A stretch of DNA of 47,428 nt, taken from positions 1 to 47,428 of the forward strand of contig JAAFKJ010000005.1 of assembly GCA_021399395.1 (NCBI GenBank), written 5' to 3'. The position numbers and the translations under genes were made by a program. The notes below the pieces were generated by a model. It was not told the origin of the DNA. It searched no databases and saw only the letters and a program-made list of their open reading frames with translations. Origin of the DNA: Candidatus Heimdallarchaeota archaeon (GTDB lineage: Archaea > Asgardarchaeota > Heimdallarchaeia > Heimdallarchaeales > Heimdallarchaeaceae). This document shows positions 41,013 to 47,428 of the stretch, piece by piece; within the stretch, counting starts at the first letter, position 1; each line of letters starts with the position of its first letter.

Positions 41013-41159
41013 TTATCCCTGGGAGGGGATTTGCCCGATTGAGTACCTAGAAAGAGCTTTTGCTCTTCCGGTGCGACGAGCTCTTTTGAGCTGATTCAAC
41101 TCCTTTTGGAGTGCTTTTATTTTCTTGTTCAACAGGTTATTTAATTCGTGTTCATTCAA
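41013..41159 (-). CDS. 48 aa coiled-coil/basic micro-protein, copy B
   Basis: (TTG)NEHELNNLLNKKIKALQKELNQLKRARRTGRAKALSRYSIGQIPSQG; AGGTGA SD; overlaps the upstream stop. Confidence 0.85.
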   Translation of the reverse strand: MNEHELNNLLNKKIKALQKELNQLKRARRTGRAKALSRYSIGQIPSQG

Positions 41160-41355
41160 TTCTATCACCTTTGTTTTTGCAATACTTTCTTAAGTCAAGT
41201 TTCGAAAACCTGATAGTGGTATCCATGCGATAATCGTAATGTGGTCGATCATTTCGTCCAGGATACTTAGATGCTAGAGTTTTTGTGAGCCGATTGAGAT
41301 CTTCATAAAGCCTCTTTAGCTCGCGGTCCAACAGTTTTTGTATTTCCATCGTCAT
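41152..41355 (-). CDS. 67 aa small protein with N-terminal coiled coil similar to micro-proteins A/B
   Basis: EIQKLLDRELKRLYEDLNRL versus ELSRLLDQEIRDLQKELSEL; AGGTGG SD. Confidence 0.7.
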   Translation of the reverse strand: MTMEIQKLLDRELKRLYEDLNRLTKTLASKYPGRNDRPHYDYRMDTTIRFSKLDLRKYCKNKGDRIE

Positions 41356-41381
41356 TTTTTACCACCTTGGTTTTCTTGTCG

Positions 41382-41451
41382 TATGTCATATGTTTGATGA
41401 CATATATAAAACCCTTTGTTTTTGCGCATATGTCCTCTATATGACGACATA
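41382..41451. promoter_or_regulatory. two TGTC-N11-GACA palindromes (41384-41402, 41431-41449) at the micro-operon B promoter
   Basis: TATGTCAT-N7-ATGACATA and ATATGTC-N11-GACATAT, each followed by a TATAAA-like tract. Confidence 0.8.
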
Positions 41452-41544
41452 TAAAAAAAGAAGAAAATTGACGGCAAAAAAGGTTTTAGAGGGATATAAA
41501 CCCATTTGTATAAGGTTTGTAATAGAAAATTACTTAAAGATAGA

Positions 41545-41557
41545 GGCAATTATTGCC
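41545..41557. promoter_or_regulatory. GGCAA-N3-TTGCC palindrome
   Basis: GGCAATTATTGCC between divergent promoters. Confidence 0.65.
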
Positions 41558-41630
41558 CACATATGTCATCAAATACATGCAAATATAAACCTTTAGGCAA
41601 CAGATGTCTGAAAGCATAGATATAAATATA

Positions 41631-41649
41631 TGTAATCAAATAGATTACA
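41631..41649. promoter_or_regulatory. TGT-N13-ACA palindrome just downstream of the TATA of paralog 6
   Basis: TATAAATA then TGTAATC-AAATA-GATTACA. Confidence 0.75.
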
Positions 41650-41672
41650 CAAGAAAAAAAGGAGTGTATAAT

Positions 41673-42119
41673 ATGCCTGATGTAAAAGATGCAGAAAAAA
41701 CACAAATCAAGTATATAGCTAAAAGATATGTTCAAGATTTAGCTAACGCTCCAATGAGTGAGGGACTTACTATCTATAGTAAAACAATAGATAAAATTTT
41801 TCTACGATCTGCAAGATGGAAAATATGTCTTCAATGTGGAATCATCAATAAAAGAGAAATTCTCAGTGAGAGTAATCATAGTTGTTCATCCACGTTAGGT
41901 AATTTACCTGTGATTATTCAGACAAGTTGGGTAAAATTGAAAGAGTTTTTCCTTACTGATGAATATATCAAATTACTTGATTCAGCTGGAATAGAGCCCA
42001 TTTCTGTCCGACCTACTCCCGTCATTACCACTGTTGAGGAATCAGCAGAAGTTCCCGCTGCAGTTCCAGAAAAAGCTTCTGTAAAAGCTGGTCGAGAAGG
42101 TTCTGATTCAGAGAGTTAG
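41673..42119 (+). CDS. unrecognised CxxC-HxC protein family, paralog 6
   Basis: MPDV...ARWKICLQCG...HSC...TSWVKLKEFFL; AGGAGTG SD before ATG 41673. Confidence 0.85.
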   Translation: MPDVKDAEKTQIKYIAKRYVQDLANAPMSEGLTIYSKTIDKIFLRSARWKICLQCGIINKREILSESNHSCSSTLGNLPVIIQTSWVKLKEFFLTDEYIKLLDSAGIEPISVRPTPVITTVEESAEVPAAVPEKASVKAGREGSDSES

Positions 42120-42172
42120 GACGCACATATTTTTTAGCTAAATTTATTAAATACCTTTGAATCTACTAAAAC

Positions 42173-43141
42173 ATGGCAGTTTTAAATAAGAAGAAAGTAT
42201 TCACGATAATCTTGAGTCTAATTTTCTGCTATTCTTTGATTATGACGGAGAATGTTGCATTTGCAGAAATTGAACAAACATCGAACCTCAGGTTTTCCAT
42301 GACAGAGTCTTTCCCCATATTCATTAATTCTAATGATGATTTTGTCGTCCTAGGTTTTTCAGGAAATGGATCTTCTTCAAACCCATACACTATCGAAAAC
42401 TTACGAGTCGTTTCAACAGGTGAATTAGATTCAGCTATTGTAGTGGGTGGTACAGATGTTCATTTTGTTATTCAAAATTGTGAAATAGTATCCAAACATA
42501 TCGGGATCTACATTCAAGATACAGTAGCTGTTGGAACTGCAAAGATAGTTAACAACACAATAACATGTAGTACCACCAATGGGGGAGGAATTGGAGTAGG
42601 TGCTGATCAAGTATTGATTGAAAATAACACCATCTCAGGATTTATGCAAGGGATTCATGTAAACTTAGCTGATGACACTACTATCAAAGGTAATAACATA
42701 TTGCTAAGTTATTATCAAGGGATCAATATACGTTATTCCAGTTTCAACACCATAACTGACAATGACATTCGCAACAGTAATCAACACGGACTAGCCATTG
42801 TTGGAGACACAAGTTCGTATAACTTGATTTACAATAACATCTTTGTTAATAATTCCAATAAACCAACTTATGAAATCGATGGTGGCGTCGTTACTGGAGA
42901 CACAGGCAGTCAAGGATATGATGGAGGAAGCAACAACCAATGGTATGAAACTTTACATCAACAAGGCAATTCATGGGATGATTATAATGGAGAAGGAAAC
43001 TATGATATAGATGGTTCTGCAGAATCTTTTGATCAATATCCACAGAAATACACTACTAACACAGATGAAAGTAATTTATTGTTTTTTGCAAGCATTCTAG
43101 CTATTGTTGGTTTAACAGCGCTGTTTATCAAAAGAAAATAG
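42173..43141 (+). CDS. secreted parallel beta-helix (NosD/CASH) protein with C-terminal anchor
   Basis: FSGNGSSSNPYTIE, IxxN repeats, GNSWDDY..DQYP, TM+basic tail. Confidence 0.85.
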   Translation: MAVLNKKKVFTIILSLIFCYSLIMTENVAFAEIEQTSNLRFSMTESFPIFINSNDDFVVLGFSGNGSSSNPYTIENLRVVSTGELDSAIVVGGTDVHFVIQNCEIVSKHIGIYIQDTVAVGTAKIVNNTITCSTTNGGGIGVGADQVLIENNTISGFMQGIHVNLADDTTIKGNNILLSYYQGINIRYSSFNTITDNDIRNSNQHGLAIVGDTSSYNLIYNNIFVNNSNKPTYEIDGGVVTGDTGSQGYDGGSNNQWYETLHQQGNSWDDYNGEGNYDIDGSAESFDQYPQKYTTNTDESNLLFFASILAIVGLTALFIKRK

Positions 43142-43148
43142 CCTTATC

Positions 43149-43171
43149 GAGGAAAAATTCCTCTTCTTTTT
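43149..43171 (+). terminator. hairpin plus T tract
   Basis: GAGGAA-AAA-TTCCTC-TTCTTTTT. Confidence 0.55.
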
Positions 43172-43214
43172 CAAATCCACTTCTCATAGTCACAAGTATT
43201 GTGTTCTTGATGGT

Positions 43215-43457
43215 CTAAAGTTCTAATTTTCTACCCAATTCTTCATCCGATGGCTCAATTAAGATAGAACCATCTGAGAATACAATTGTTGGAACTCGCC
43301 ATTTTCCACCGTTTAATTCTGCTGCTCTCTTCTTTGCTTCTTCATCGGAGTCTATATCTATCCATTTGCAAGGAATTTTGTTTTCTTTTAATAGTTTCTT
43401 TGACCTTACACAATCTCCACACCACTCTGTACCATAAATTACTTCAATCTCTATCAT
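43215..43457 (-). CDS. glutaredoxin-like protein (NrdH/mycoredoxin-like)
   Basis: YGTEWCGDC, VPTI, DGS..IEP; ATG 43457 preferred. Confidence 0.9.
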   Translation of the reverse strand: MIEIEVIYGTEWCGDCVRSKKLLKENKIPCKWIDIDSDEEAKKRAAELNGGKWRVPTIVFSDGSILIEPSDEELGRKLEL

Positions 43458-43590
43458 TATTTCTTTAAATATAGCTTCTAAATTTAAAGATATTGTACTG
43501 TAAAATGGATTCTTGCACAAGTAATTACTTTTTTATATATCTCCTATCACGCTTTTTTAGCATTTAAAATATATTTGGAGAGGTTCTTCA

Positions 43591-45225
43591 GTGTCTGAAA
43601 ATATAATAAAAGCCTTAGAATTAGAAGAAATCCCCTTTGAGGAAATTCGCTCAATTCAAGGAGAAATAATAATAACTGATTCCTATCCTAGTTATCTTGT
43701 TGATGAATCTAAAATTAGTGGTGGAAAAGCTGAATGGTTGTTCTTCCCAAACACAGAACAAGAGATATCCACCATAATTAAGAAAATGAGAGAAGAAAAG
43801 CAAAAGATCACTATTTCTGCAGCTCGAACCGGAATTGTAGGAAGCGCTGTTCCATTTGGAGGAGCCGTCATAGCTTTGGAGAAAATGGATAAGATAATTG
43901 GTATTGGTTTAGATGAAGATGAAAAGAGATGGTTTGTACGTGTCCAACCTGCAATCTCTTTGAACGAGATAAATGATTTTGTAAAGACTAAGAAATTCAT
44001 TGTAAGTCAAAGCATTCCAAAAGAGGAAAATTATGTTCAACAATTCTGCGAGGATTGTGCATATCATTATCCTGTTGATCCAACTGAGATGACAGCATCG
44101 ATTGGAGGAACAATCGGTGCTAATGCTTCAGGAGCGCGCACGTTCAAATATGGGGCAACTAGAGATTGGATAAAACGATTAAGAGTCATTCTTGCAACAG
44201 GAGAAGTACTGGAAATCCCACGTGGAAAGTATAAGGCTAAGGATGGCAGGTTCATAATTCAATCTGGAGGTAAAGATCACATCATTGAAATTCCTAACTA
44301 TGAAATGCCCATAGCTAAAAATGCTGCAGGTTTATTTGCTGAACCAGACATGGATCTCATTGATCTCTTTATAGGTTCTGAAGGAATTTTCGGTGTTATT
44401 ACTGAAGCTGACATCTGGATAAAAGAATATAATCCACACATGTCCAATGTAGCATTTTTTGTTAACGAAAAGGATGCAATTAACTTCGTCAAAAAAATTC
44501 GTTCAAGTGAAAAACTTAAACCTGATTTCATTGAGTATTTTGATAATAATGCATTAACACTGTTAAGAAACAAACAAAAGGAAGATCCAAAATTTGTTAA
44601 TATGCCACCTATTAGAGAGGATATTAAAACTGCTATTTCTTTCGATGTATTCTATTCTGAAGAGTATTTAGTAGACTATTTCACAGAAATAGAACAAATA
44701 TTAAAGGAGAGTAACTCTTCTCTTGAAGACACATGGAGCGCTTATGAGGAAAGAGAAATTGATCGTTTTAAGCATTTCAGACATGCTGTTCCAGAGATTG
44801 TAAATAATATAATTGCTGATAGGAAGAAGCAATATCCGTCTATACACAAACTAGGTACTGATATGTCAGTTGAAGATCAACATTTAGCTGATATGATGGA
44901 ATTTTACCATGCTACGTTAACAGAAGCAGGTTTAGAATATGTGGTATGGGGGCATATAGGAGACAATCACGTTCATGTCAACATACTCCCAAGAGACATG
45001 AATGATTTAGAATTAGGTAAGCAGCTTTACAAGAAATTTGCCAAGAAAGCTGTTGAATTTGGTGGTTCTGTTTCAGCTGAGCATGGTATTGGTAAAATTA
45101 AACACGAATACCTCGAAATCATGTATGGTGTTGAAGGAGTAAATCAAATGCGGGCAGTTAAAAATAGTTTAGACCCAGACAATGTTTTCAATGCAGGAAA
45201 TATATTTGTGGAGGAGAAATCATAA
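43591..45225 (+). CDS. FAD-linked oxidoreductase, GlcD/D-lactate dehydrogenase (LctD)-like
   Basis: PVDPT..ASIGG..NASG, GSEGIFGVIT, GHIGDNHVHVN, SAEHGIG. Confidence 0.88.
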   Translation: MSENIIKALELEEIPFEEIRSIQGEIIITDSYPSYLVDESKISGGKAEWLFFPNTEQEISTIIKKMREEKQKITISAARTGIVGSAVPFGGAVIALEKMDKIIGIGLDEDEKRWFVRVQPAISLNEINDFVKTKKFIVSQSIPKEENYVQQFCEDCAYHYPVDPTEMTASIGGTIGANASGARTFKYGATRDWIKRLRVILATGEVLEIPRGKYKAKDGRFIIQSGGKDHIIEIPNYEMPIAKNAAGLFAEPDMDLIDLFIGSEGIFGVITEADIWIKEYNPHMSNVAFFVNEKDAINFVKKIRSSEKLKPDFIEYFDNNALTLLRNKQKEDPKFVNMPPIREDIKTAISFDVFYSEEYLVDYFTEIEQILKESNSSLEDTWSAYEEREIDRFKHFRHAVPEIVNNIIADRKKQYPSIHKLGTDMSVEDQHLADMMEFYHATLTEAGLEYVVWGHIGDNHVHVNILPRDMNDLELGKQLYKKFAKKAVEFGGSVSAEHGIGKIKHEYLEIMYGVEGVNQMRAVKNSLDPDNVFNAGNIFVEEKS

Positions 45226-46028
45226 TGAAAATAGTCGTATTAGCCAAACAAGTTCCTGAGGCAGATAAAGTCGCCGTGGATCCAGAAACTGGAACTTTAA
45301 TTCGTGAAGGAGTAACTTCTATACTCAACCCTTACTGCGAATATGCTTTAGACCAAGCAGCTAAACTAAAAGTAGATTATCCTGAACTGGAAATTGAGGT
45401 TATTGCCATCAGTATGGGGCCACCTCAAGCTAAAATGGCATTACTAAGATGTTTAGAGTTAGGTGCTGATAAAGGATACCTACTTTCCGATCGCAAGTTT
45501 GCTGGTTCTGATGTGTGGGCGACTTCCACAGCAATAAAGGAAGGAGTAGCAAACCTCGTACCCGAATTTGATTTGATTTTGGCAGGAAAACAAGCTATAG
45601 ATGGTGATACTGCTCAAGTTCCTGCTGAGATTGCAGAACAACTTGGTGTTCCTCAGATAACTTATGGCGTGGATGTCAAAATCAATAACAAACGTGTTGA
45701 AGTGAAAAGAGAGGTTGAAACCGGTTACCAAATACTTTCTGCAAGAATGCCAGCATTAGTTACTATGAGTAAAGGAAACAATATTCGAAGAATTCCCTCC
45801 ATGAGAGCTGTTTTAGATGCTAGGAAGAAACCTTTAGAAGTTTTTAGTGCTGATGACTTGAATATTGATGAAGAAAAGATTGGTTTGAGTGCATCACCTA
45901 CCCAAGTTGATAAAATATTTGCTCCTCCTTCAAAGACCGGGGGAGAAATAGTTGATGGCAGTGATCCTAAGGTAGCTGCGAGGAAACTGTTCGAATATCT
46001 TAAGGTGAACGGTTTTTTGAGGATGTGA
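45225..46028 (+). CDS. etfB: electron transfer flavoprotein beta subunit
   Basis: KQVPE, SMGPPQA, GKQAIDGDTAQV. Confidence 0.95.
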   Translation: MKIVVLAKQVPEADKVAVDPETGTLIREGVTSILNPYCEYALDQAAKLKVDYPELEIEVIAISMGPPQAKMALLRCLELGADKGYLLSDRKFAGSDVWATSTAIKEGVANLVPEFDLILAGKQAIDGDTAQVPAEIAEQLGVPQITYGVDVKINNKRVEVKREVETGYQILSARMPALVTMSKGNNIRRIPSMRAVLDARKKPLEVFSADDLNIDEEKIGLSASPTQVDKIFAPPSKTGGEIVDGSDPKVAARKLFEYLKVNGFLRM

Positions 46029-46032
46029 TTAT

Positions 46033-47244
46033 ATGCTAGAAGTAGATTTAGATTTATGTATTGGATGTAAAATCTGTGAAAGAGTCTGCCCATTCGGAAC
46101 TATTGTAGTTGTTCCCGAAACAAAGAAAGCTAAAGTGCTAGATGGTTGTACTCTATGTGGCACTTGTGTAAATGCGTGTCCTGAAAATGCTTTGAGTATT
46201 GAAAGAAAAGCTATTTCTGAAGAGGAAATAGCACAATTCAAGAACGTATTCATCTGGGGAGAATGGGAACGAAAAGGAGGAGAGATTAAAATCAAGAATG
46301 TTGTTCTCGAACTTCTAGGGAAAGGTAAGGATGTTGCAAATAAATTAGGAGAGTCTTTAGCAGTTATACTACCAGGAAAAGATGTCAAGCACCTCATACC
46401 AGAATTATTTCATCACGGCGCAGATACAGTTTACCTCTGCGAACACGAATTATTAGACCACTACTCTACTGACGGGTTTACCAATGTTATCGCAAGCATA
46501 ATCTCAACTGAAAAGCCTTCTGTAGTTCTTTATGGTGCCACACCAAATGGCAGAGATCTTGCTCCTCGAATTGCAGGTCGTTTAGCTTTAGGACTTACAG
46601 CTGATTGTACAGGCTTAGACATTAATAGTTCAAGACAATTAGTTCAGACTCGTCCAGCTTTTGGAGGTAATATTATGGCATCCATACTTTCACCATATAC
46701 AAGACCTCAAATGTCTACTGTACGTCCAGGTGTTTTTCCAAAACCTAAACCAGATACAAGCAAAACTGGAAAAACCCAAGAGGTTGAAGTTAACCTCAAG
46801 CCAATCAGTATTAGAACCAAAATTATTGAGGAGATTCCATCTGAAGATGAAGGAATAAATATCGAAGAAGCTAATATATTAGTCTCTGCTGGAAGAGGAA
46901 TTGGCAGCAAAGAAAATCTTGAAATGATACAAGAAATGGCAAAAGTAATTAACGGAACTGTTTCAGGATCAAGAGCTTTGGTTGATTTAGGATGGATTCC
47001 TCACCCCCAACAGGTAGGCCAATCTGGTAAAACTGTTGCTCCCACATTGTATTTTGCTCTCGGTATTTCAGGAGCCATTCAGCATCTTGTTGGTATGACA
47101 TCTTCAGATGCCGTGGTAGCGATTAACAAAGACCCTAATGCAACAATTTTCGATGTTGCTGATTTTGGGATTGTTGGAGATATAATGGAAATTATTCCCG
47201 AATTCATTCGAATTGTGAAAGAAGAGAAGGAAAAGGTCCTTTAA
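46033..47244 (+). CDS. etfA: electron transfer flavoprotein alpha subunit with N-terminal 2x[4Fe-4S] ferredoxin
   Basis: CxxCxxCxxxCP twice; GLTADCT, RPAFGG, QVGQSGK, GISGAIQH. Confidence 0.95.
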   Translation: MLEVDLDLCIGCKICERVCPFGTIVVVPETKKAKVLDGCTLCGTCVNACPENALSIERKAISEEEIAQFKNVFIWGEWERKGGEIKIKNVVLELLGKGKDVANKLGESLAVILPGKDVKHLIPELFHHGADTVYLCEHELLDHYSTDGFTNVIASIISTEKPSVVLYGATPNGRDLAPRIAGRLALGLTADCTGLDINSSRQLVQTRPAFGGNIMASILSPYTRPQMSTVRPGVFPKPKPDTSKTGKTQEVEVNLKPISIRTKIIEEIPSEDEGINIEEANILVSAGRGIGSKENLEMIQEMAKVINGTVSGSRALVDLGWIPHPQQVGQSGKTVAPTLYFALGISGAIQHLVGMTSSDAVVAINKDPNATIFDVADFGIVGDIMEIIPEFIRIVKEEKEKVL

Positions 47245-47428
47245 TTATGAAGAAAATTTGTCATGTAGTCATATTAAACTTACGAAAAATCAGCTTAAAA
47301 CATAACTGAAAGTAAGATATTACGGGAGCTTTTATAGGAAAAACGGCTCAAAGTAATAGGACTAGGGTTTACCGCTTAAGCAGCCTATGAGACCACCTCC
47401 CACTGGGGACTGTAGTCACGTTGCTTGA

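Noticed and set aside
41352-41735. ORFs 41352-41549, 41390-41596 and 41550-41735
   Set aside because: They cover the divergent promoter region rich in palindromes and TATA boxes; no SD and implausible composition.

Overview
AT-rich archaeal window, probably from an Asgard (Heimdallarchaeia-like) genome. This is inferred from TATA-type promoters, GGTGA/GGAGGTG Shine-Dalgarno motifs, oligo-T terminators, TPR+longin-like proteins and CTERM-anchored beta-helix proteins. Recognisable genes: KstD-like FAD dehydrogenase (truncated by the edge), E2 acyltransferase domain, PIN toxin, a YehL/M/Q/P-like AAA-DUF5682-SWIM-VWA cluster, two DEAD-box helicases, an MFS transporter, an M20 amidohydrolase, and a GlcD/LctD-like oxidoreductase with EtfB/EtfA. 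The main unexplained system spans about 20.6-43.1 kb. It comprises six paralogs of a C-x2-C-x(11-30)-H-x-C protein family I do not recognise, a palindrome TGT-N13-ACA abutting the TATA box of most of their promoters and of neighbouring genes, a second palindrome GGCAA-N3-TTGCC, and duplicated micro-operons of unannotated 47-50 aa coiled-coil and single-TM proteins. It also includes a ~160 nt structured opposite-strand RNA candidate and repeated linkage to NosD-type surface proteins and DEAD-box helicases. Separately, two secreted paralogs share a His-Cys caspase-like domain but have unrelated C-termini (polymorphic toxin-like), and one is split by a single in-frame TGA. All alignments and motif counts were done by eye; no searches were run.
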